A stretch of 64,000 nucleotides of DNA from Octopus sinensis (Eukaryota): contig NC_043000.1 in NCBI RefSeq assembly GCF_006345805.1, positions 44,392,001-44,456,000 of the forward strand, in the 5' to 3' direction. Of the stretch, positions 28,536 to 41,554 are shown piece after piece. Each line of letters starts with the position of its first letter. The first letter of the stretch is position 1. A program made the position numbers and the translations under genes. Below the pieces are notes generated by a model. That model saw only the letters and a program-made list of their open reading frames with translations. It searched no databases and was not told where the DNA came from.

Positions 28536-30764
28536 AGAGAAGGAAAGAGAGAATATTAGGTCCTTGTTCATTGTCAATTTATCAACAGCTAAGTAACTAG
28601 TTTTTTTCAAAACGAATATCGGTGATCAGTAATTAGTTAGCAGACGCCAAAATTTTACTATTCAACCACCCATTTCTAAATACTAAAGACGGATTCCTAG
28701 TTACACTTTGTACTCCCAAGAAATAAAATAGCTTTAAATGTATAAGTTTCAGTTGAAAAAAGACCCATATGGATTCTAGATATTACTTACTTATCATTTG
28801 CTTTTTCCTCATCCCTAAGGGAAAAAAAAATATCACATTTTTCTTTATCCCGTCCCACATCACTTTCACATAACTGGGTGAGTGTGGTACGACGGTAAAG
28901 TATGAAACGTGACAAAGGATGAAAGAAACAGTATATTAGAAAACAACAAAAGTGAAAGTGCTAAATAGGCATATAACAAATTGTGCGTAATCTCTCACTT
29001 ATCTATTCACACCTTGAATATGATAATAAATATAAATCCGTGAAGATGTTTGAATGTGTAATTATGCTTCAATTGTTAAAGAAACAAATGAGAATAAACG
29101 CATTTCAAATTTCAGAAACCGAAACTTTTCTGTACATTCTATACAGCTAACAATGTACATTTTTTCAATGTGTATTATTCATCTTATTTTTCCTAAGTTA
29201 ACTTCTTTAATATTGTATGTTAATGTCTGTTGCAAATGTATAATTTCGTCGAATGTATTGACTTTGTACGATAACGGTATTATCTTATTGCATTCTTCTT
29301 TCTTCGTTATTTATTTACAGGAAATTACCATGAAGCGAAATCTGCTGAGAGCAGAGCAGCAAGCAGAAGGCGTCAGCACTTAAAGATAACTGGAGATAAA
29401 AAAGATATAAATGTCAAAAGCATCGAGTGTCTGACTAAGTGGTGCAAGTGGCTCTGAAGTGAAGACACCTATTTATCGGAAAAAGGGACAGTTACATCCT
29501 TCCGACAAGGCACGGAATTAAAAGGTAATGGTTAAAATGTGTCTGCATACTGTGCCTATCACACTTCCTTACTCTATATAAAATAACTATGTATCCTAAT
29601 TGTCGAGACGATTCTGTTGTAATATGTTCTCAAGATACAGAGTTGTTCCAAATGTTTCAAAATCATTTCTTACCACTAAGTTTAGAACTATCAAAATTTT
29701 CAATAATTTCTTCTATTTTGGTTCGATGGCTAAACCTCCCTGATGTTTATTACATCCAAACTATCGTAGTCAAGGACATGGGCTTTATTTTATTTGTGAA
29801 GGTAAAAGGGATGAGGCATAAAAGTAACACACAATGATGTTATCACCCACTCTACGAAATACTGAGTCTGAAACGTAAAGGAAGGGAATGCCGTCAGGCA
29901 AACACAGAATAGAATGATCTGCCATCAAGGGCTAAAAGCAGAGCCAGCGACTCGCGTAACGTTATTAGAAATTTTAAAGTGTATCGGCAAGTATCATTCC
30001 CTTTTGATTGCTACTTCAATAGATATAATCTGATATGCGAGGGGGTCACTGTGAGTGTGTATGTATGCATAGATGTGTTGTTGTTAATCACAGACGAGAA
30101 AGATGAATGAATATAGAAACCAGGGTATGAGTTTTCTATGTATTCGGTTGTCTTACATAGTGCATCTTTTAACATCTATATGTTATTTCGTCTATGTATT
30201 TCCAAATTGGAATGCTTTTAACGAGGAGGAAAGCTGTTGCCAATTGGTAAAAGCTCATAAAATATGTATTGCTTTATTTCTTTGGGTTTTTGTTGTCTCA
30301 TATTATCAGGTGTAAATTAATTAAGAATTCATGAAGTGACGAACAACAAGAAGATATTTTTTTTATTAAAGATAAATCATTTTAATTCTATGATGATCTG
30401 AAATCAGTAAATCTACTGATATTCCTGTTTAGAAAGATCGTTAACTATAGGAGAAGTGTGATGAAATAATCCATTCAACTACTACTAACTTCATTGGTCG
30501 TTATCACCTACAAAGATATAATCTGACGTTAGTATTTCACGGCAAGTAAGATTAGTTCATAGTAAAAGAATGCTAGCATAATTTTACAAGAGAATTTTTC
30601 TTGGAGTTTAAGCGTAAATTACCATGCACTTTATATACATACAACTGGAGCGTAGTTAGATGAGGCCACTGTTTTTGGCCAATATGTTGTACAGTACATA
30701 ACCATTGTCCATGAAATTCGTAGTTCATCCAATTCATTTGTCCAAACACTTTTTTAGTTATATA

Positions 30765-32153
30765 CAGGATGTTTTTTTAAAAATTATCATTTTGCAATCT
30801 AATAACTCTGCCAGTTCTTGCTCAGATGACATCAAATTTTAACAACATGTGTAGGAACAAGTCAAGATTTTACGTTTAATAGAAATGGCATTCACTGGAA
30901 GAGAAAAGGCGTTTTGTGTGTTGGAGTATGCTCGAACACAGTCCAACAAGACTGTGCAGTGTACATTTGTGAGAGAGTTCTCTAAAAAGTTACCAATAGC
31001 AATTCAGATTTAGATATACGGCAAAAAAATAATTGGAAGAAGAAGGCTGTCTGTGCAGAGCAGAAGGTTCCGGACGACTACTAACATCGGAAGAGACGGT
31101 CGCGCGGGTTCGCCAAATAATCATGCGAAGCCCCAAGACGTCTATAAGAAAAACAAGTCTGGAAATCCAGATTCCTCCAACGACAGTCTGGCGCGTCGTG
31201 AGAAAACGCTTGCTTACGAAATCCTACGAGTTGCACCTCATTCAAGCCATAATGGCAGATGGCAAGTGAAAGCGCAAACAATTCTGTGGACGGATCGGCG
31301 GAGAAAGAAGACCCTGTTGAGCTTGATTCTGGTCCGGTTTTGTGAGGGCACACGGTAGGCGTAGCATAGGCGGTAGCATTCGCGTTGCCCCGCGCCGTGC
31401 GCTGCCGTCACCGGCGGCGCGCTGGCGTGCTGTTCAAGGGACGTTTTGTTTTCAATAACGAGGCCATATTTCATACGAATGCCAAAGTCAATAATCATAA
31501 TGTTCGCATTTGGAGAGAAGAAAATCAGCATGCCACAGTTGAGCATGTGTGGGACTCACCAAAGGTTAATGTGTTATGCGCCATCCCCAAGAAGCATCTT
31601 CATGGCCCGTTTTCCTCTGAGGGAAATGTGACCGGCAATGTTTATCTGCAAATGCTTCAGTACTGGCTAATGTATGAGCTCATTGCAAATGAACATGAAG
31701 ACTTTATTCTTCAAAAGGACGGGACTCCATCTTACTGAAAGCTCCCTGTTCGGGTTTATTTCAATGATCTGCGAGGGAGATAATGTGCTGTTGAAATGGC
31801 CATAACGTTCTCCTGACCTGACACCTTACGATTTTTTCTGGGGCTATATGAAGGGCCTGGAACTCGAGCAGAGAATCATTCCCGCACTGGAGATTGTTAC
31901 CCAAGACATGCAGCGTGTTTGGGAGGAGATGGACTACCAACTTGACGTGTGTCGTGTCTCCGCCGGTGCGCTTATTGAACATTGGTGAAATAGAATCAAC
32001 ATACCTTTGAATTTCTTTTGAATTTCTCATTTACATTAGGAGGAATAAAATTCATGTTGCTCAACATTAAGCCTGTTTCGTTTCATTTACTTCGACTCTA
32101 TAGTCTCTGTGATATTTACACCTCAAATGATATCAACTTTTTGAAACATCCTG
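30765..32153 (+). mobile_element. decayed Tc1/mariner-superfamily transposon (DUF4817-HTH type), 1389 bp
   Basis: TIRs CAGGATGTTT(T)..AAAAA / TTTTTGAAACATCCTG, TA on both sides; transposase from ~30884: MAFTGREKAFCVLEYARTQS, SPKTSIRK, FNNEAIFHTNAKVNNHNVRIW, DSPKVNV, QKDGTP, SPDLTPYDFF; stops and frameshifts. Confidence 0.93.
31287..31431 (+). rRNA. 28S (LSU) rRNA fragment inserted in the transposase (non-functional)
   Basis: Contains GAAAGAAGACCCTGTTGAGCTTGA (31303-31326), a highly conserved eukaryotic LSU motif, followed by TTCTGGTCCGGTTTTGTGAGGGCACACGGTAGGCGTAGCATAGGCGG, collinear with the next 28S segment, then GC-rich expansion-segment-like sequence. Confidence 0.88.
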
Positions 32154-32424
32154 TATCTAACATTGAATTATGCGATATGAATATATATTATCATATTAGG
32201 TATAGTTAACTCAAACTTGTTATTTCCTAACCTCTTTTACTTGGAAAAGGAAAATCATAGTACATATCAACCATAATGTTTTATTTCATTATTGATATAT
32301 AATATTGGGTTAAGTGTAACTTTACATGCAAGCTGGTGTCGTGCACCGGCAATAGATAATAAATTATTAATTTTACTTAATTTAAATAAGAAAAAGAAAT
32401 AGGTGAAGAATGGAACAGAAAAAT

Positions 32425-32635
32425 ATATTGGTTTTTAAATTTTGGTACAAGACTAGTAATTTCGGAAGAGGTGTGTAAGTCGATAGATTCGACTCACTTG
32501 GTACTTCAATTTATCGAGCACGAAGTCATGAAAGGCTTTGTTTACTTCGGCGGAATTTGAACTCAGAACGTATGGATTAACGAAATACTGCTAAGCATTT
32601 GGTCAGCGTGCAAACGATTCTGACAGATCACCACC
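32425..32635 (-). mobile_element. SINE family A, diverged
   Basis: TTTTAAATTTTGGTACAAG tail and CGGCGGAATTTGAACTCAGAACGT core. Confidence 0.75.
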
Positions 32636-33006
32636 TATATATATTTGAAGCAAATGATTCAGGAGGGATGATTTGCAAATAGATTAATGATTCTATTATT
32701 ATCTAGTGTAACAATTAAAAATGAATATAACAGAATCAGTAATATAGGTGATAGCAGGCCCCAAAAGCATCAAATAGCTCAAGGATTAAAATTAATGAAA
32801 GAACATATTAGGTATGTCAACCTGCTAGAAATAACAGTCAAAATTTGTATTTAAATCGCCGAAAAAAACAGTGATAACTACAGAAATCAACCGTCTGCGT
32901 GCAAACGGACAAGGACAATCTCTCATCATACATTCAACTATTTGGACTCACATGGACCGGTTTCTGGAATGGCATTATAAACTCACCTTTCTCAGCACGT
33001 GTTATC

Positions 33007-33009
<3 letters not shown>

Positions 33010-33055
<46 letters not shown>

Positions 33056-33262
33056 TGAGTGTGTAAGTTTGTCTTCGTTGCGTACCATAGCTTGACAACT
33101 GGTGTTGGTGTGTTTTATGTCACCGTAAATTAGCAGTTCAGCAAAAGACTAATAGACTAAGTACTAGGCTTAAAGAAGGAGTTCCGGAGGCGATTGCTCG
33201 ATAAAAATCCCACCACGGTGGTGCTCTAGCATGGCAGCAATTGACAGAAATATGTAAAATAA
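33010..33262 (+). mobile_element. SINE family B 3' half with (GT)n
   Basis: CTTGACAACTGGTGTTGGTGTG..CAGCAAAAGAC..GGTGCTCTAGCATGG. Confidence 0.7.
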
Positions 33263-33657
33263 TATACGTTCATATATGTATGAATACAAATATATATGCA
33301 TGCTTCTGCATATCACCAGTTATTTCATAACGTTCAACCGTTAACCCCTACACATTTTTTCTTTCTCCGGTTTCTTTCCTTCTATCTTCAATTTCTTTCC
33401 TTTCAACATTTTCTGTCGAAGACTGTAGGCTCAAAAGGTCAAAGAGTTTTTCATTCTTCCCGACACTCAAATAAATATGCTTGTTGTTCTTTCACCTGTT
33501 TTCGTCTTTTGTTTTCTGTAAATTTGAACATACTTAAAAGCTTTTGTGAAACGTACTTGATACAGTTTGAAAGGAAAAAAGACTATTTAAAAATCATTTT
33601 TCATAAAATAGATGTAAATCTTTATGAGGAAGCCACTACCCATCTTGGGAAGAAGTT

Positions 33658-33840
<183 letters not shown>

Positions 33841-36139
33841 ATTTCTATCTCTCTTTCTCTTTCTCTCCCTCTCTATGTGTGTGTTTGTGAGATCGTGTGG
33901 TTGTAGACAAATAGATAGCTAGCCAGAAAGATAGATAAATGAAGGGACATGGCTTAGTGGTTAGAATATTCGGCTGACCATTTTCCGGTCATGATTTCGA
34001 TTGCCAGCATTGTATCGTGTCATTGAGAAGGATACATTGTTTCATGTCGCTCCTGTATGTATGTGTGCATTACTGTGGTCAAATTATAATTGGTTGAGAA
34101 TATAATCTTAATGGCTTGACGACTTTGAACATATACATATTTCATTACAGTGTAGTGGTGCGTTTTTTCATTCTCCAAAAGCAGAACAGTTAATATGCAC
34201 AACGTTTGTTCCGGACAATAGGTATCCGACTCGGGAACTTTTCTAGTCATATATTCAGAGATCGATATTCATATAGCAGTACAAGCCTTCGGTAAAATTG
34301 TTTATATCTTGCCAACCGTCTCTACTATGTCGAACCGCTTCTGCACCCGGAGACACATGATTCTGCAGTATCTCAAACACAAATATAAAATTTATCAATC
34401 CTTTGATAAAAATGCTGTTCCAATAAGGTGTATTTCGGAAAATAAGAACAGAAAATATTTCTTGTCATTAGCTTAGAGTGTGATTTCTACTGTGATTTGT
34501 GCTAACTTTCACGGAATTTAATACTCATAATTATATGTGAGTAAATTTCAGAAATATGGAAACCATTTGTAAGCATACATACATTCATACATATTTATCA
34601 ATACATTAGTGCATAGACATATACAAAATGTAACGCACTAGTACACAAGCAAATATATATTTGAATCTGCGTACATTCATACACAAATACAATGCGACAA
34701 TGCTGCGAATTAACATCTATTATTATTTTTGAACAATCATTTCTGACGATAGTTTGGGGTTATTAGAAAATTATTTTCGGTGTAATGATTTTAAAGGAAC
34801 TCCTTAGGATCATCTGACATTGAAAATAAACGGTTCTTCGGTCATAAAAATTAACGATATAAATACATAACAACATATACTACAACGTGAATTACAACGA
34901 GAAACATATGAGTTTAATGCATGTGATACGGAATTTGAAGAGAAAATTTGAAATGCAAATATACGCACATGCGTGTGTAGATGTGTATCAACTTGAAGTT
35001 TAAAAAAAAATGGAATTAATGAAGTTGAAACTTAGGTATTTTCATCCAAAATACATTTTTATTCTTAATCTTGTTTTTGTTTCGATAACTTTTCCACATA
35101 ATGCTTAGATACTGAAACACAAGTCACTAAATGAGAAATGAACGCGTTTGTCCAGAAGAATTTTCAATAAAATTATACCCTACCAATTTCGGTGCTGTGA
35201 AGCATGCTGAAATGGATGAAGAATATTTTAATTGCATTTGCGCAACTAAATTTATGGTATATGCCTTTCAGCAAAAATTTATTATATCGTTAAAATTATT
35301 TTTTCTTATCGTTTAGTATGTTCCATTATTTACTTTGTGTCTCTATAAATATAGAAGAAAATATAATTCGATTTGTTTGGAATTTTGTTTCACTAAAATT
35401 ATCTATTCTGTAGAGAATTTATATTTGTTCAGATTCAGTTATTTTATTCTTAGAATAATTCAATACTAACTACTTCAAAATTTAAATGTATACAAAGGGT
35501 ATTTGTATTTCAGGTGAATACCTAAAACAGATAATTAATTGCAATAAAACATGAACGTTACTCTTCGAATAATTTTAAAACCTGAAATTACTGAACTCGC
35601 ATTTTTGCTTCTGGTCATATTAATTTGACTTGTAACTTTTTGTGTCAAGTATATTCTTATTTATTTCAATTCTTAATATAAGTTGATTATCTGCCTTTAA
35701 AAGTTGATCTCTTTTTTTTTTCTTTTTATTTCCGAATTTTTTTTATACTTTACATATTGCATACTTAATGCTAAATTTCCTATTCAGTGTATTTTACATG
35801 GTTATTTTTGCTCGATAATTCGATAAAAGGAGTTCGTAAATATTACGACAGCCGGCCAAGCAGTGTATAACCCAAATCTTATTGGAACTCTATTTCTCTA
35901 TTGAAGAAATTATTAGATTCACTCTGTCCACAATTAGTATTAAAATATTAATTTCGTGATATACATTTCATTATTAACGATGCAATAAATGAGGTTTTTG
36001 CTTGCATATTCCAGCTTGGGTATGTTCAAAATATCCATTGAAGCTCCTAATTCTTTGTTTGGTGTCAAGTATTACTTTTAGACATTACCTTCGTTAGTAC
36101 ACCAAAACAGGTGAATTCGATACAGATCAAGTTAAACTT

Positions 36140-36298
36140 CAAATTTGCGTGACGACTGGCATTGGTTTGTTCATGTCCCAGTATCTTAGCGATCCGGCAA
36201 AAGAAACCGATAGAATAAATATCAGTGTTTAAATATATAAGTGTCCAGTTAGAAGTCCACAGTCCAATGACTGAAACAAGTAAAAGATAACGGATAAC
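36140..36298 (+). mobile_element. SINE family B 3' fragment
   Basis: CTTAGCGATCCGGCAAAAGAAACCGATAGAAT..AATGACTGAAACAAGTAAAAGAT. Confidence 0.7.
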
Positions 36299-36816
36299 AA
36301 TTAATATATTAGGGCATTTATCCCCAATTTACAAGACGGTGAACAAACAAAACATACATTGTTTATGTGCGGTCGATATTCTTTATAAAACTAACGCTGC
36401 TACTAATTGGTAATTAAACTTAATCCTACGTATGCATCGTAGTTGTATACCAGTAAATTGTTCTTATACTATTTCTATATAGTTATAGCATGGCGATTCA
36501 GTTTATTCCCGGTTTGAGTCGAGCAACAAACCCACTTTACACAGAGTAAATACTTGGTTCATCTTATCGTATGCTGTTTACGTTCGCATATTGTGATGAA
36601 CGACTTCTTATTATGTATCTCTGAGCCCTCAGAAACAGATGTTGTTTGTACTCTCTCTCTCTAAGTTGGTTCTACTAATATAAATATTCATATTAATACT
36701 TAAAAGTTCATCGTCTGAAAGACTCTATTTTTTGCGTTTTCTCGCTTTCCATGTATGCGTATATACACATGTTCTGCTTCATACCCAAATATTATATCGT
36801 ACTTAATATATCTAAT

Positions 36817-37020
36817 GTATCAATGCGGTGAGCTGGCAGAAACGTTAGCACACCGGGCGAAATGCTTAGCCTTATTTCGCCTGTCTGTACGTTCTATGTT
36901 CAAATTCCGCTGAGGTCGACTTTGCCTTTCAGAGTCGATAAATTAAGTATCAGTTTCGTACTGGGGTCGATCTAATCAACTGTCCCTCTCCTTCAAAATT
37001 TCGGGCCTAGAGTAGAAAAG
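36817..37020 (+). mobile_element. SINE family A, full length with TSD
   Basis: GCGGTGAGCTGGCAGAAACGTTAGC head; 12-bp TSD AATATATCTAAT at 36805-36816 and 37021-37032. Confidence 0.88.
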
Positions 37021-40000
37021 AATATATCTAATTTGTTTAGTCGCATAATTGCTTCTGTATCCGTTCAAGTTGATCCCTCTTATATCCATTCTTTACCATG
37101 TAGACTCGATCCCCAGTATAAATTTTGGTGTCTAAGTTTGGATCATTGGAGCACTACAAAATCTGTTCTATATTGAGAATCTGTGGATCTCATATGTGGA
37201 CTAATATGTATGTATACATACACAAACATACATAGACACAAACACACACACACATATGATAAACAAGCAGTACTTTGGGCTCGAAGTGTAAATGATATTT
37301 TGTGGATCTTATCAGCTTAGTAAACATTGACCCCCCTATCAGTTTTTTCTAATGATTTATCTAAATTAGATGTCTTGAACTTTAACGCTCTCAGCTCATT
37401 GTCTTTTAAATACCCTTTTGGTGTCCTGTATTAAAGGAATCTATTTTATCTCTAGTCCTGCTTACCTCCCTCTGCCCTCTAATTAGCATTCATTTTCCTT
37501 TCACTTCATGTCTTCTGTAAACACACCTTATTTCGCTTTGGGCAACTTCTCGTATGAATAATACTTTCATGTTCCTGTGATTCTAATTGTGTTTCTTTCT
37601 ATTTTGGTTTTGTCAACTTGCCATTTTAACCAATGATGTCAATGGTCATTTTGATTTTGTAAATGACTTTCTGTTTTTCTGCCGCCATTTGTGTTGTTGA
37701 TAGTTTAATTATTCATTTGCTCATTTTCACGCGAAAATGTAAACAAATTAGAGGTAACGGGACCTGAAGATTAGCTCAGTTGGTTTTGTGCGTTTCACAA
37801 CCTATGTAGCAAACAACACTTCACTTTGAAATAGCTGTCGTCCGTGTTTTCTTCTTTCTTTTCCTTACCACATTTATCCGTATATTTAACAACTTTAGTT
37901 GCTAAGCCGTTACTGATAAGCTGACTGTCAGCATATTGAAATTACTTTTAATTTCAATATTGGACAAAATGTGTAACTTACGATATTGTAAACTGGTTTT
38001 ATCGTGTATTGTCCACCTTTTGTCACCTGTACTAGGCACATACATATTCGAAGCTAATTAACCTTCTACATGACATACAGTGAGGAAGATGGAACTATTC
38101 AACAAAATCCATTGGACGAACCGAACTTGGCTGAGTGCAGATAAATTATAACAATTCCTTTAGCAGAGGTTTTATAGTATAGAATGTTTGCATGCTTCTG
38201 ACAATCAATTTTTACCCGTAGGGGAATAATTTAGGCTTATTTGTTTTTTATCGAATTATGTGAGCAAATATTCTGTAAGTGATATTAATAGAGATGTATT
38301 AATAGAGATTAAATTGCAGTTAACATATTGCATAACTTCATTCCTTTAAATTGTGATTACTATGTGATACGAAGATAATAAGAAAGAAAATTTCACTTAT
38401 GGCTTCAATCTTTAAAAAAACCAATTGGGTAATTATAATACAACTATTAAATTATTTCATTTCCGAATACCTGTTTTCCGGATATCACTTAAATCTGTAA
38501 AGTTATTGATAGATTATAATGATTCCTTGAGGTAGCAACTGTCATTTTATTTCTTACCACAATTATTTCTTAAGTTGCGCATAATTCATTACTTCGTGAC
38601 AAAATTTCCTTTTCTTGAAGCTTATCAGTAATGTAGTACTATACTCTACCGAGGTACAAAGAGAAATTTTAAAATACATAAGTTTTTCGGAGACATAATT
38701 TGAATTATAATATATTCTCTGATATCTGTATGATGCAGAATATTACTCTAAGAACTGAGAATTAAATGATGACAATTTGAGATAAGAATATCTAATTAAC
38801 TTCTGTGACATATTGTGAATACTTTATCTCCCGAAAAGTGCCTATTAAACAATACCGAATAATATATTTTATTATTCAAGTCAAATAGTAATTAAGAAAT
38901 CTAATATAGCTGCAATATCTTATTTGACATCTACATTACACATAATCCAGTTTTTGTGTGCATACATATACGTGTATGTGTGTGTGTGTGTGTGTGTAAA
39001 TATAAATATGTATATGTTTGTATATATGTATCTATTTGACTCGAAAATGTTCAATATGTTATTGAGCTAATAAAAATTTTATCAAATAAATGAACATTTA
39101 ATGTAAATGCATACAGCTAAAGAACAAAACAGTATTGCAAATGTAGAACAAGCTCGAAGCACCCGTAAATAACAGCGTACGTTAGCGGTGGGAAAACGAA
39201 TGTAATATGACATGTGAGAGAAATATAGCAAAATGCATTGTAAGTGGTTTTTTTGGGTTTGGGGGGATTCGGTTGAAAATGGGTTTCCTTTCATAAACAA
39301 ACATTTCATATAGCATGCATCTTTTAGCATTCGAAACATGCAATTTCTCCGCAAAGGGATATTGCACGAGAGTGTCTGTCTCAAAAAATAAATTTTATGC
39401 GACCATAATATTTTTACCTAAATCATCTGATGAACAAATATGAAGTTTAATATTCTTCTATGAGATTGGATTACACGTGTAAACTGAATTCATCCCATTA
39501 CAATTCCCCTTTATAGGGTTATTTTCTCAGTAAACAAGTAGATGCAATTTTTTTCCTTTTTTTCTTATTCTTGGTAATACTATCATAATTGAGCTTAGAA
39601 TTGTTGCTTTATTTTGCTTATTTTTAGATTGACTTGTGTTTCTGCTATCTTGCTATTCAATATTAGAGACCTGTTTGCTGAATGCACACCTACCCAATCA
39701 TATCTCCTCCGCCTATAGCAAGGGTGGTTGTACCGGAAGTCAGAAATCCTGAAAGCCCAGGTTCATCCCACCAATCTCTCTGTTAATAATAATTGTAATG
39801 TGGAAGATCATAAGAACATTATAGTAATACGATTAGTAATTGAAATGATGATACGAGTAGTGTTGGTTTTACTCGTAGTAACAAAGTTTGAGGTACAGAC
39901 GGATTTTAATAATTGTAAAAATTTGCCAGGTCACTTTTGGTGTTATTGGTAACATATAATCCAGGAAAATCAGATTCATGGTCAGGCTGTCGGCGACCAA

Positions 40001-40309
40001 AGCAGCAACCTTTCCAAGTGCTGGCCTGGCATGGCAGGTGGATTCCATTGGACACTCTACATGACAAGAGACATCCTCATAAAAGGCGGATGACATCCAA
40101 AGAGACAACTGTTATCTAGCTATATGAATCTTTGAAAATGTGCGTGGGGGTAAATACTGCACGCGCATGATTATCAGCTTAAGTGAGGGTAGACAGGTCT
40201 CACATAGGTCTTGAGTGCCAACCTATTTAGTGACGGTTGCCCGGTATAATTACTGGTTGGTGGTATCCTTTAAGCACATTCTTCATGTATGAGAAAAATC
40301 TTAATATTG

Positions 40310-40533
40310 GTTTCAAATTTTGGGACAAGGCCAGTAATAACGGGAAAGGGAATAGATCGACTACAACGACCTCAGTGCTCAACTGGTACTCCTATTATCA
40401 ACCACGAAATGGATGAAAAGCAAAGTCGACCACAGCGGAATTTGAACTCTGAACGTTAAGACGGGCGAAGGGCGTCTAAAAATGTTTGACTGGCGCGCAA
40501 ACGATTCTGCCAGTTCACTGCTTCAGAGAAACG
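40310..40533 (-). mobile_element. SINE family A
   Basis: Reverse complement of the family-A head and core; flanked by TTAATATTG direct repeats (40301, 40534). Confidence 0.8.
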
Positions 40534-40904
40534 TTAATATTGAGAAGTAATAATAATGGCTTCAACAAGGCTGAATATTCTTTGAAAAATGTGTCACGTC
40601 CAGTAGGTGTCCTGTGGAAGAGCAGCACAAATCCGGTCGTAATCAATATACTGCTGGCTTACAACAGCAAATGAGATGAAAATGGACAAAAGAGAAACAC
40701 CAAATTGTTACTCAAAATATCAGTGTGAAGAAGAGAAGAACGTGGATGAACAAATATTGACTGATCGAATTTGACAAAGGAAGACCGAAATGTGATGAGA
40801 GAAGATGGAAGAAGAGATATTAACGGAAGTGAGACAGGAATTGCAAGGAATTACTGGTCCAGAAGAAATTCACATACACCAGATACACAAGATATAACAA
40901 CAAC

Positions 40905-41010
<106 letters not shown>

Positions 41011-41554
41011 GAGTGAGTGAGCAGTGTATGCCATAAAACTGACATTGGAGTAAAATATACGAAGCCCAGTACACTCATTACGACTACTCGTCTGGTAAGA
41101 GTACAGAAGACACATGCATCACCACCATATGTGCGTGACATGGCGATCCTATATCAAGATAAACAGTGCATTACCTTGCAAGTGGGGCCCAGTTAGAATT
41201 TTATATTGGTCGAGCAGCCAATCCCTCTCAAAGTGTCCCCGAATAAGGTTTGTTTTAAGGATGATAAACAAAGCACCCATGTTTCCAGAGGTGAATTATT
41301 CAAACTCCGAAGAATTCTTCTCAGCACATGGATATGATGATCCCCAAATCCTTTTGCTGATGATCAGAGATACACGCATCGTCAGCCACAACATGTTCAA
41401 CTGGTTGAAGTCAAAAAAATGGCAAGCAAGTCTGTTGTATTGAACAGAATATTTGTTGTAGCCCATCTTTTTTTATACCAAGACAAAAGATGTACATGAT
41501 AACACCCCCAATCCCTTAAGACCAGAATCCACGAGAGTCAGTGTCTGGTATTAG
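41011..41554. mobile_element. unclassified ~540-bp interspersed element (family D) flanked by (TTA)n on both sides
   Basis: Homologous to 49188-49615 (GATAAACAG.GCAT.ACCTT, CTCA.CACATGG.TAT.ATG, AGAATATTTG.TGTAG); (ATT)n at 40975-41010 and 41555-41572; no ORF recognised. Confidence 0.7.

Noticed and set aside
37795-37812. TCACAACCT resembling the miR-67/307 seed
   Set aside because: The rest of the mature sequence does not match and there is no hairpin.
39690-39745. CCAAT, GC-box-like and ETS (CCGGAAGT) motifs close together
   Set aside because: Short motifs expected by chance in 64 kb; no CpG enrichment or downstream exon.
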